DNA of 32,000 bases from Raphidiopsis brookii D9 (GTDB taxonomy: Bacteria; Cyanobacteriota; Cyanobacteriia; Cyanobacteriales; Nostocaceae). The stretch covers positions 150,001-182,000 of the forward strand of contig ACYB01000042.1 of the NCBI GenBank assembly GCA_000175855.1, read 5' to 3'. Numbering within the stretch: the stretch's first letter is position 1; each line of letters begins with the position of its first letter. The notes beneath the pieces were generated by a model. That model was not told where the DNA came from. It worked only from the letters and a program-made list of their open reading frames with translations, and did not search any database. The position numbers were made by a program, and so were the translations under genes. Positions 19,423 through 28,321 of the stretch are shown here, piece by piece.

Positions 19423-20535
19423 ATGAAAATTGCCCTATTCACCGAAACTTTTTTACCCAAGGTTGATGGCATTGTCACCCGTCTGTCTCACACAGTTGAC
19501 CATCTACAACGAGATGGACATCAGGTTATGCTGTTTTGTCCGGAAGGAGGTATTAAAGAATATAAAGGAGCAAAAGTGTATGGAGTTAGTGGTTTTCCCT
19601 TACCTCTTTATCCAGAGTTAAAATTGGCACTACCCCGTCCTGCTATTAGTCATGTATTACAACAGTTTGCTCCAGATCTAATTCATGTGGTAAATCCAGC
19701 AGTTTTAGGACTATCAGGGATTTTGCACAGTAAATTGCACAAAATCCCTTTAGTAGCCTCCTATCATACACATTTGCCACAGTATTTACAACATTACGGA
19801 CTAAGTTTCCTAGAAGGGCTACTATGGGAACTACTCAAGATTGCTCACAATCAAGCAGCTTTGAATCTGTGCACCTCCACAGCCATGGTTGAAGAATTAG
19901 CAGCCCACGGAATAGAAAGACTCGATTTGTGGCAACCGGGGGTGGACACAGAACTCTTCCATCCTGATTTAGCCAGTCAGGAAATGCGCTCCTATCTATC
20001 CCAAGGTTATCCAGATAGTCCTTTACTATTGTATGTAGGTCGCCTTTCAGCAGAGAAAGAGATTGAACAGATTAAACCTATTTTGGAAGCCATTCCCCAT
20101 GGACGTTTAGCCCTGGTGGGGGATGGACCCCATCGACAAAACTTACAAAATCACTTTGCCCACACTAATACCCATTTTGTAGGTTACCTCAAGGGTCAAC
20201 AATTGGCCTCGGCCTTTGCTAGTGCCGATGTGTTTGTCTTTCCCTCCCGTACGGAAACCTTGGGATTAGTATTATTAGAAGCCATGGCTGCGGGTTGTCC
20301 AGTAATTGCCGCTCGGTCTGGGGGGATTCCCGACATTGTCACTGATGGTGTGGATGGTTACCTTTTTGACCCTAGTTCACCTATTCAACAAGCTATTGAC
20401 CTCACAATTAAGTTGTTAAGAGAAAAACAGGAGATTGCCACTATGCGTAGTAATGCCCGTAAGAAGGCAGAGCAAATGGGATGGTCTGCTGCTGTAAGAC
20501 AACTACAAGAGTACTATCAGAGAACATTAAATTAA
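19423..20535 (+). CDS. sqdX: sulfoquinovosyl-diacylglycerol synthase (GT4 glycosyltransferase)
   Basis: I set the start at MKIALFTETFLPKVDGIVTR, the typical SqdX N-terminus. It has the GT4 motif ETLGLVLLEAMAAGCPVIA. It follows sqdB. Confidence 0.85.
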   Translation: MKIALFTETFLPKVDGIVTRLSHTVDHLQRDGHQVMLFCPEGGIKEYKGAKVYGVSGFPLPLYPELKLALPRPAISHVLQQFAPDLIHVVNPAVLGLSGILHSKLHKIPLVASYHTHLPQYLQHYGLSFLEGLLWELLKIAHNQAALNLCTSTAMVEELAAHGIERLDLWQPGVDTELFHPDLASQEMRSYLSQGYPDSPLLLYVGRLSAEKEIEQIKPILEAIPHGRLALVGDGPHRQNLQNHFAHTNTHFVGYLKGQQLASAFASADVFVFPSRTETLGLVLLEAMAAGCPVIAARSGGIPDIVTDGVDGYLFDPSSPIQQAIDLTIKLLREKQEIATMRSNARKKAEQMGWSAAVRQLQEYYQRTLN

Positions 20536-20822
20536 GAATCAGATTCACTTTCCGGTGGGAAACTTTTACCTATTCTGAGTTGTTTCTTAGAGCGTTTTAA
20601 TTGTTTCCACAGAGACTTGATTTGTTCATAAGCATCCTCAGGAGGAAGTTTACCACCGGTTTCTAAGTTACAAATATAACTAACTCTCTGAGCAAACTCC
20701 TGGAGATTGGCATTAAAAACTAGATTTTCGGGTTGTACATGACCATAGTAGCGACCACGGGGATAGAGGAAATCATCTTTTTTGTCCACTATTTTTTTCT
20801 CCATATACTTAATTAATCTCAT
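20532..20822 (-). CDS. hypothetical protein
   Basis: 96-aa ORF with an alternative start at M7 (20804). The C-terminus is basic. Its 3' end overlaps the sqdX stop by 4 nt. No assignable motif. Confidence 0.4.
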   Translation of the reverse strand: MRLIKYMEKKIVDKKDDFLYPRGRYYGHVQPENLVFNANLQEFAQRVSYICNLETGGKLPPEDAYEQIKSLWKQLKRSKKQLRIGKSFPPESESDS

Positions 20823-21017
20823 GCTTTCTCAAACACAATGACGGACAAAGGCTCTTATGCGTATTTTTTTGGTAAGAAAATGCTAAACGTTAAACTAAGA
20901 TTATGACAAATTTTTTTAGTTATTGGTTAATTAGTTTAGTTAATTTGGCGTATAACCAAATCAGATAATAAAATAGTTAGGCTCAAAAACATAGCTCTGG
21001 GAAAATAATCTACCACC

Positions 21018-21752
21018 ATGTCAGTTAACACTAATAAAAAGCTATACGAAGGTAAAGCCAAAATCATCTACACCACAGAAGAATCACAGGTTTTATTAGC
21101 TGAATTTAAAGATGATGCGACTGCATTTAATGCGCAAAAACGAGGTAATATCCAAGGAAAAGGGAGTATAAACTGTACCATTTCTAGTAAATTGTTTCTC
21201 CGCATGGCACAGGAGGGTATAGAAAACCATTTTATTGACAGTCCAGGTGCTGGGCAAATGAGGGTAAAAGCCTTGAAAATTTTGCCCTTGGAAGTAGTGG
21301 TGAGAAATATTGCAGCTGGGAGTCTTTGTCAACAGACGGGATTAGAGTTAGGCACAGTATTGGAAAGACCTCTAGTGGAATTTTACTATAAAGACGACAA
21401 ACTAGGGGATCCCCTGCTGACCAGGGAGCGCCTTTTGTTGCTGAAATTAGCCACGGAGGAACAAGTGGAGCAAATTATCCATCTGGCATTACAAATCAAC
21501 ACTTTTCTCCAGGATTTATGGCAACAGTGTAGTATCACTTTAGTGGACTTCAAACTCGAATTTGGTTTAGACCGGAAACATAAACTGTTGTTAGCGGATG
21601 AAATTAGTCCTGATACCTGTCGTTTGTGGGACATGTCAGAAGTGGATCCTATTCATCGCGTCCTGGATAAAGACAGATTTCGTCGAGACTTGGGTAGGGT
21701 GGAAGATGCCTACCAGGAAGTTTTGACCAGACTGCTAAAAGTTATACCCTAG
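21018..21752 (+). CDS. purC: phosphoribosylaminoimidazole-succinocarboxamide (SAICAR) synthase
   Basis: 244 aa with LYEGKAKIIY, VVVRN and LADEISPDTCRLWD motifs. Confidence 0.9.
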   Translation: MSVNTNKKLYEGKAKIIYTTEESQVLLAEFKDDATAFNAQKRGNIQGKGSINCTISSKLFLRMAQEGIENHFIDSPGAGQMRVKALKILPLEVVVRNIAAGSLCQQTGLELGTVLERPLVEFYYKDDKLGDPLLTRERLLLLKLATEEQVEQIIHLALQINTFLQDLWQQCSITLVDFKLEFGLDRKHKLLLADEISPDTCRLWDMSEVDPIHRVLDKDRFRRDLGRVEDAYQEVLTRLLKVIP

Positions 21753-21815
21753 GTTAAGCCAGAACTTAACAAGTGCTAGTAGTGACTAAATTAAATTGTG
21801 TGTGGTGGTTAAAAG

Positions 21816-24097
21816 ATGAGTAAAAAACATTTATCTCCTGTATTTTTGGTAACGGTAGCTATAGCTGCCAGCTTGGAAAGTTCCTTGAGTGCTAGTGGAC
21901 AAGTTTCCAGTCAGTCTCAACAGGTATTAGGTGGAGCAAGTATTAAAGCAAGCCAGTTATCATCTAGTAACCTATATGTTAACGGTGAGACTTTTATTGG
22001 ACAAACAGCACCAGCAACTCCTAATGGCAATGGGAATGCAGTAGATAATAATCAACCTGATAGTCAGCCAGCTAATCCTAATCAACCTGATAGTCAGCCA
22101 GCTAATTCTAATCAACCTGATAGTCAGCCAGCTAATCCTAATCAACCTGATAGTCAACCAGCTAATCCTAACCAACCTGATAGTCAACCAGCTAATCCTA
22201 ACCAACCTGATAGTCAGCCAGCTAATCCTAATAATACAGAAGAACCAGCAGAACCTAGAGTACTGATTTCAGAAGTGGTGGTCAAGTCAGCGGTTGGACA
22301 ACTCCCATCGGAAATAGAAACCCAAGTTTACCAGGTTATTCGTACTAAAGCTGGACAGACTACAACCCGGTCACAATTACAAGAGGATATTAACGGAATA
22401 TTTGCCATTGGGTTTTTTACTAATGTACAAGCAGTTCCAGAAGATACGCCATCAGGTGTTAGAATAACTTTTATAGTTAGTCTTAATCCCGTACTTACCA
22501 AAGTAGAACTAAATGCCAATCCTGGTGCTGGAGTGGCTTCTGTTATAGCTGCTGATACCGTCGATAAAATCTTTAGTCAGCAATATGGTAAAGTAATTAA
22601 CCTACGTGATTTGCGAGCTGGGATCGCGCAATTAACCAAAGAGTATCAAGACAAAGGTTACGTACTGGCTAACTTAATAGCAGCTCCCAAAGTTTCTGAG
22701 ACAGGAGTGATCACCTTACAAGTAGCTGAGGGAATAGTAGAAAATGTCCAGGTTGCCTTTCGCAATAAGGAAGGCCAAGATGTGGACGACAAAGGTCGAC
22801 CCATTCGGGGAAGAACACAAGACTATATTATTAAGCGGGAAATGCAATTAAAACCTGGTCAAGTGTTCAACCGCAATATCGTCCAAAAAGACCTACAAAG
22901 GGTTTTCGGACTCGGTTTATTTGATGATATTAATGTGTCCCTCAACCCTGGAACAGACCCAAGTAAAGTTGTTGTTGTAGTAAATGTGACTGAGCGTAAT
23001 AGTGGTTCCATCGCCGTAGGGGGAGGTATTAGTTCTGCCAGTGGATTATTTGGCACCATTAGCTACCAAGAACAAAATCTATCAGGTAGAAACCAAAAGC
23101 TGGGATCAGAACTGCAAATTGGACAACGAGAACTCTTATTTGACTTGCGATTTAGCGATCCTTGGATTGACGGCGATCCCTATCGTACTTCCTATACAAC
23201 CAATGTTTTTCGCCGTCGTTCGATTTCTCTGGTGTTTGAAGGTAAGGACAGCAACATAAAAACCTTTAACCCTGATAATACTACTGATGTAAATAGTCAG
23301 GCAACCCCCCGCATTGCCCGCTTGGGCGGCGGAGTTTCTTTCGGTCGTCCCCTTTCCACCAATTTATATGAGAATTCAGAATGGTTTGCCTCCCTAGGTT
23401 TGCAATATCAAAGGATTTCCAGTCGTGATGCCAATGGTAATATTAGACCCCAAGGGGCAGTTTTTGATAACAGTGGCAATCGACTCAGCCCAACTATTCC
23501 TCTCACCCAGTCCCCCACCGGTGAAGATGATTTGTTCTTGTTACAATTCAGCGCCCAAAGCGATCGCCGGAACAATGCATTGCAACCAACTAATGGTTCT
23601 TACTTGCGTGTGGGACTAGATCAATCTGTACCCATAGGACAAGGTAGTATACTAATGTCTAGGGTGAGGGCCAACTACAGTTACTACGTACCCACAAAAC
23701 TGCTGGGATCTAAAAATCCAGAAACCCTTGCTTTTAACCTACAAGGGGGTACAATATTAGGTGATTTACCACCTTATGAAGCCTTTAGCCTGGGGGAAGT
23801 AATTCCGTGAGGGGTTACGATGAGGGTAAGTTGGCAGCGGGACGTACTTATGTCCAAGCGTCAGCAGAATATCGTTTTCCTATATTCTCAGTGGTTGGTG
23901 GGTCTCTATTTTTTGATTGTGGTAGTGATCTGGGCAGTGCTACCAGAGCAGCTGAAATCCTCAATAAGAATGGGAGCGGTTATGGTTATGGCTTGGGATT
24001 GCGTATTCAGTCACCACTGGGTCCTATTCGCATTGACTATGGTATAAGTGATAAAGGTGATAGCCGGATCAACTTTGGTATAGGGGAAAGGTTCTAA
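21816..24097 (+). pseudogene. bamA: Omp85/BamA-family outer-membrane protein (Toc75-like) with one 1-nt frameshift near the 3' end; possibly intact if this is a sequencing error
   Basis: It has a signal peptide, a Pro/Gln-rich repeat region, POTRA-like segments and a beta-barrel. ORFs 21816-23810 and 23807-24097 join as ...PPYEAFSLGGSNSVRGYDEGKL... if the G5 run at 23792-23796 is read as G6. The protein ends ...GIGERF, a typical C-terminal Phe for outer-membrane proteins. Confidence 0.85.
22050..22229 (+). repeat. 6 x 30-bp tandem repeat encoding NQPDSQPAN(P/S)
   Basis: The unit aatcaacctgatagtcagccagctaatcct is repeated head to tail six times. Each unit carries 1-2 substitutions at most (t/c at 22106, g/a in cagcca/caacca, t/c in aat/aac). 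Confidence 0.95.
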
Positions 24098-24139
24098 TAA
24101 GGAAGAGACGTAACTAGTTGCGTTAATATCAAAAAATCA

Positions 24140-25678
24140 ATGTCTTGTCTAAGTGTATCTATCGCCCGTTTAGTTAATAGTGGACCGAATAACTTTGCCG
24201 TTTGGGTAGTGAAAGCTCCCTATCCTAGCGGTTACGTTTTGCGTGACTGTATTTTTCCACCTCAACTTGCTGAAATTTGGGTAGAATGGCAGCAAATGTT
24301 TGGTGGTTTTGTAGACACCCATCACCTGGGGAAAGGATTGGTTGGGTCTGGGATGGGACAAACCACGGGTTCTTATAGTAATCGGTTAATGCAATCTTTA
24401 GGGATCAGTTTATGGCGTTGGCTATTTGATGGAGAAATTCTTAGCAGTCTAGAGCGCAGTCGTGGTCTAGCTATGGGAAGTAGTCAAAGATTGCGGTTGC
24501 AATTAGAAGTTCGTGAACCTGAATTGATTGGTTTGCCATGGGAAATTATGCAACCCGAAGCGGGTCATTCGGCAATCTCTCTCAACCAGGAGGTTTTGTT
24601 TAGTCGCACTATCAATCAGGTTGAACCAATAGCAAATTTATCAGCAGATTCCTCTTTAAACGTGTTGTTGGTTTTGGGGTACAATAGCAATCTAGAACTG
24701 GAAAAAGAGGCTACCATTCTGGAGAAAATCCTCCTAGAATCTAGTCCTCCTGGTGGGTATTACATATCAAACTGTTTGGTCAAAAAACTATTACAACCTA
24801 CACCAAAGCAGTTGATACAAGAACTGGAAACTAAGGCGTATAATGTGATTTTTTATGCAGGTCATGGTTTGCCCAATCCTGAGGGTGGGTTGTTGTATTT
24901 GACAGAGGAGCAGTCCATTAATGGTATAGAACTGGGTCAAGTGTTAGCTCATAGTGGAATTAAACTGGCAGTATTCAATGCCTGTTGGGGTGCACAACCA
25001 GCAGTGCATCACAAAGCAATACCCACTAGTAGTCTGGCAGAGGTTTTAATTTGTCATGGTGTGCCTGCAGTTTTAGCCATGCGTGACGAAATTGCCGATC
25101 AGGAAAGTCGTAGTTTTATTCAGGGGTTTACTCAGGCATTGCGCATGGGTGAAGCGATTGATGCAGCTGTAGCAGTGGCTAGACAAAAATTATTAGCTAT
25201 TTACAAGTTTAATCAGCCAGCATGGACTTTACCGGTTCTCTATCTACACCCAGATTTTTCAGGTCAGTTGATTAGAAGTGTTGATGAGGGAATTACAGAA
25301 TTGCCAGATCTAACTACTGGAATAAATGTTCCCCAGTTCAGTGCTGTTTTGCGCTCAGTTTCCCCCCAGGGTCAAAGTTGCTCCCTACGTTCCGATGTGA
25401 CTCGCATTGGTCGCACTAAGGATAATGACCTTGTGATTCCCCAAGTTTATGTTTCTAAGCACCATGCAGAAATACTTTGTAGAACCGTACTGGATGGTTC
25501 TCAACCAGTTGTTACTTACTATTTACAAGATTGCTCTACTTACGGAACAACTTGGTATTTAAATGATTATGGTTGGCAACGGGTTTTAAGGGAGGAGGTG
25601 GTGTTAACATCGGGAATGAAGTTAAAGTTTGGCAGTGCGAAGGGGGAAACATGGGAGTTTATGATTTTTGATGGTTAG
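24140..25678 (+). CDS. CHAT-domain (caspase-like) protease fused to a C-terminal FHA domain
   Basis: 512 aa. The CHAT entry motif is LRLQLEVREPELIGLPWEIM. The putative dyad is His242 in FYAGHG (24863-24865) and Cys282 in FNACWG (24983-24985). The C-terminal FHA signature is RIGR...VSKHHAEI...STYGTTW...LKFG. Confidence 0.8.
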   Translation: MSCLSVSIARLVNSGPNNFAVWVVKAPYPSGYVLRDCIFPPQLAEIWVEWQQMFGGFVDTHHLGKGLVGSGMGQTTGSYSNRLMQSLGISLWRWLFDGEILSSLERSRGLAMGSSQRLRLQLEVREPELIGLPWEIMQPEAGHSAISLNQEVLFSRTINQVEPIANLSADSSLNVLLVLGYNSNLELEKEATILEKILLESSPPGGYYISNCLVKKLLQPTPKQLIQELETKAYNVIFYAGHGLPNPEGGLLYLTEEQSINGIELGQVLAHSGIKLAVFNACWGAQPAVHHKAIPTSSLAEVLICHGVPAVLAMRDEIADQESRSFIQGFTQALRMGEAIDAAVAVARQKLLAIYKFNQPAWTLPVLYLHPDFSGQLIRSVDEGITELPDLTTGINVPQFSAVLRSVSPQGQSCSLRSDVTRIGRTKDNDLVIPQVYVSKHHAEILCRTVLDGSQPVVTYYLQDCSTYGTTWYLNDYGWQRVLREEVVLTSGMKLKFGSAKGETWEFMIFDG

Positions 25679-25774
25679 CACCGAGATTGTTTTTATTGTT
25701 TTTGCGGAAATTCCTAGCTGCTAACTGTAGCTCCTTAATAATACCAATTATGCGGATGAAGTTTGAGGCCCAAT

Positions 25775-26401
25775 ATGACTAATAATACAGGTGATTTAGA
25801 TAATCAGAAACCTTTCCTTCCCTCCGTGGATTGGGAATTGTTGACAGCAATATTAGAACCGGAAAATGAAACTTATCCTTGGAATCTCGCAAGTGATCAA
25901 GTAGATGCTTATTTTCAAAAACTAGCAGCACCACTGTACTCTGACCCACTATTTATGGAAAGTCTCGAGCAACAAGGGGAAAATTTCTATAATTCTCTTG
26001 ATCAGATCTGGTCTCAGGTTTATAACTCTAAAGCTGATCGTGATGAAAGACCACGCACTACCCTAAGTGATATTTTTGGTACGTTTGTTCCCTCCCACTA
26101 CCTTGATCAGATTATGGAAGCAGCAAAGAAAACCTTCCATAATATGGAACATTCTACCATTGAGAAGATTGTGGATTGTGTTCGATCCTTGTTACCTAAT
26201 TGGGATATGGAAGACCTATTAGTTTTGGCACGTCCTATTGCTTATTCCATGAGAAGTGGTCAGTCGGACTACAACTTACCAAATCGCAATTGGACTGAAT
26301 TATCAGAGGTAGAACGGGCAAAGATTTGTTTAGTAGTGGCTGACTATGCCTTAAAAGCAGTTTCTACGCAAGCAGCAGAAAATGGAGTTACAAGAAAATA
26401 A
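25775..26401 (+). CDS. acidic hypothetical protein (orphan)
   Basis: I prefer the ATG at 25775 over the TTG at 25763. The protein is 208 aa, Asp/Glu-rich and has no TM segment. It carries a YPWN motif. Its stop lies 1 nt from the stop of the convergent FHA-PrsW gene. Confidence 0.5.
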   Translation: MTNNTGDLDNQKPFLPSVDWELLTAILEPENETYPWNLASDQVDAYFQKLAAPLYSDPLFMESLEQQGENFYNSLDQIWSQVYNSKADRDERPRTTLSDIFGTFVPSHYLDQIMEAAKKTFHNMEHSTIEKIVDCVRSLLPNWDMEDLLVLARPIAYSMRSGQSDYNLPNRNWTELSEVERAKICLVVADYALKAVSTQAAENGVTRK

Positions 26402-26402
26402 C

Positions 26403-27761
26403 TTATTTAGGATCCAGAAACCGGGTGGCAAAATTATGCGATCGCGTAGGTGATAATACTCGAGCTTTGAGGATAGCAGCCATCAAGAAAGCATAGGACA
26501 AAACACCCACAATTACTAATAGTAGAGCATTAATGGAACCGGTAGCATTCCAGAGAGCATGGAGAGCGGAGGCGGTGAAATAACCAACACCCAGGATTTG
26601 CCAACTCATGCGGGGTTTGAGGGTAGCCAAACCGATGAAATAGCCCAAATAACCACTATAGGCCATGTGTCCAGCTACGGAACCCAAAATCCGGGGGATA
26701 AGTAACTGTAAACCAATCAGTTGACCAGTACCTAGTCCCGATTGCTGACTAATATTTTGGGTGATTATAGGAACATATTGACCAAGGGTCTCTAGGAGAG
26801 TAAATCCCACCGCTGATGCAGTCCCTAGAAGAATACCATCTAGTGGTTCCTCAACCCCTATTCTTTCCCTCCAGGGGGATGGTAGGGATTTGCCTAAAAA
26901 ATAGGCGCCTATTACGGGTAAGGTCTTGAGTAGTTCCTCCATTAACCCAGCTCCGAAAAACATTCTGATCAATAATTCTGTGAATGTGTCACTATCGGAG
27001 GGTGAGGTGCTACCAGGAAGAATTTCTCGAAAAACAAATATAAATAAATCTAATAATGGACTGACTAAAATCAACATGGTACTTAGGGCCATAGCCATAA
27101 GTATCCACCATGGTTTTTGTTTGCCACAAATTCGATAAACGAAATAATAAGCAGCTGAGCCAATATAAGAACCAACAATTACTTGATTAGCTTGGGGGTA
27201 ACCTATGGTAGCAAACATTAACACGACAAAAATAACTGTTAGTATTCCTGGTATAAGATATGCTTTGCGAGTTAAGTCCTTACCTGTGGAGATTATAGGA
27301 AATAACTGGGTGAAACTAACTCCATCATGCTTTGATAGTTGTTGAGTTGTTTTTCCTGGTACTATAACTGTAGGTGGGTTAACTGGGACATTTCTGGACA
27401 CAGGTATAGTTTCACATTCAAAAACAAATTGAGGACCATCATAACCCAAAGAAATGTGGTCGCCATTTTGTAGCTCTTGAGATCCCCGTAGTAGTTTTCC
27501 ATTGAGAAAAGTGCCATTAGCACTGTTCAAATCACAAATGGTCCAGGTGAACTTACTTTCTGGAGAGGGGGGACGAACAACCGCATGACGACGGGAGACC
27601 ATTCTATAGGTTATAGGGTCCAAGACAACCTCACAACTGGGGTCACGTCCCATAACCATTTCCTGATGGAAAAGCAGTGGGTAGCAGGATTCTGGACTGG
27701 AAACCGCTTCCCTAGACATCAGTCTCAAAAATACATTCTGTCTTGCGTTTTTGCCGATCAT
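26403..27761 (-). CDS. N-terminal FHA domain fused to a PrsW-family intramembrane protease
   Basis: 452 aa. The FHA signature is MGRD...VSRRHAVV...DLNSANGTFLNG...NGDHISLG (about residues 30-115). It is followed by about 7 TM segments carrying the PrsW/CAAX-type motifs EELLK (275-279), FTLLE (320-324), His365 and HALWN (401-405). Confidence 0.8.
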   Translation of the reverse strand: MIGKNARQNVFLRLMSREAVSSPESCYPLLFHQEMVMGRDPSCEVVLDPITYRMVSRRHAVVRPPSPESKFTWTICDLNSANGTFLNGKLLRGSQELQNGDHISLGYDGPQFVFECETIPVSRNVPVNPPTVIVPGKTTQQLSKHDGVSFTQLFPIISTGKDLTRKAYLIPGILTVIFVVLMFATIGYPQANQVIVGSYIGSAAYYFVYRICGKQKPWWILMAMALSTMLILVSPLLDLFIFVFREILPGSTSPSDSDTFTELLIRMFFGAGLMEELLKTLPVIGAYFLGKSLPSPWRERIGVEEPLDGILLGTASAVGFTLLETLGQYVPIITQNISQQSGLGTGQLIGLQLLIPRILGSVAGHMAYSGYLGYFIGLATLKPRMSWQILGVGYFTASALHALWNATGSINALLLVIVGVLSYAFLMAAILKARVLSPTRSHNFATRFLDPK

Positions 27762-27792
27762 TTACTTAGGAATTGATGAGAAGGTTGTTCGC

Positions 27793-28278
27793 TTATTCAT
27801 TAGTTATCAGTGAACTTGTAGCTGGATCCAAATCAAATTCCGCCATTGCTCTGGGAAAATTTTTATTTTCATGACTGGGGAGACTTAACTTGACCAGTAC
27901 AAATCTTTGTAATGGAGTTAAATCTTGCCACTGCTCCAGGGCGATCATAGCACCTAGGGTCTCTAATTTTTCAATAAGTTGTTTAGGTAGGGTGGTAGAA
28001 TCTAACCAAGGGGGATGGGGATCTGTAGGAAGCAAAGAAGGATAGGTTCCTGTGTATTTAAAAACCAATTCCTTTAAATAGTTTTGGTAGTTTTGTATTT
28101 CACCTGGTGTAAAGCAGGGTAATGTAACTAGAGTATCACGTTCTGAGAGACTAATCTGATGCCAATGAGCCAATTTTAGTTTAACTCCACATGTATCCAG
28201 CTTGTAACGGACTATCATGGGTATACAACGAAGGGTAGACATAAAATCAGCTTCAAATTGAAAAAATTCGGTAGACAT
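27793..28278 (-). CDS. narM: nitrate reductase-associated protein (NarM-like)
   Basis: 161 aa. FQFEADFMSTLRCIPMIVRYKLDTCGVKLKL matches the nitrate-reductase-associated family as I recall it. It lies downstream of narB on the same strand. Confidence 0.6.
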   Translation of the reverse strand: MSTEFFQFEADFMSTLRCIPMIVRYKLDTCGVKLKLAHWHQISLSERDTLVTLPCFTPGEIQNYQNYLKELVFKYTGTYPSLLPTDPHPPWLDSTTLPKQLIEKLETLGAMIALEQWQDLTPLQRFVLVKLSLPSHENKNFPRAMAEFDLDPATSSLITNE

Positions 28279-28321
28279 AACGGGAAATTTAGGATTGTTA
28301 TGAGCAGTTATTGTTGTTCAA

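Noticed and set aside
20823-21017. A purine-type riboswitch or sRNA upstream of purC
   Set aside because: I saw only loose AT-rich direct and inverted repeats (ttggttaat...taaccaaat). I could recognise no conserved riboswitch core.
21972-22205. 77-aa minus-strand ORF (RISWLTIRL repeats)
   Set aside because: It is simply the reverse-strand reading of the 30-bp tandem repeat inside the Omp85 gene.
24107-24124. Palindrome gacgtaaCTAGttgcgtt after the Omp85 stop as a terminator
   Set aside because: The stem is short with two wobble pairs and there is no T tract. The next gene starts 16 nt later.
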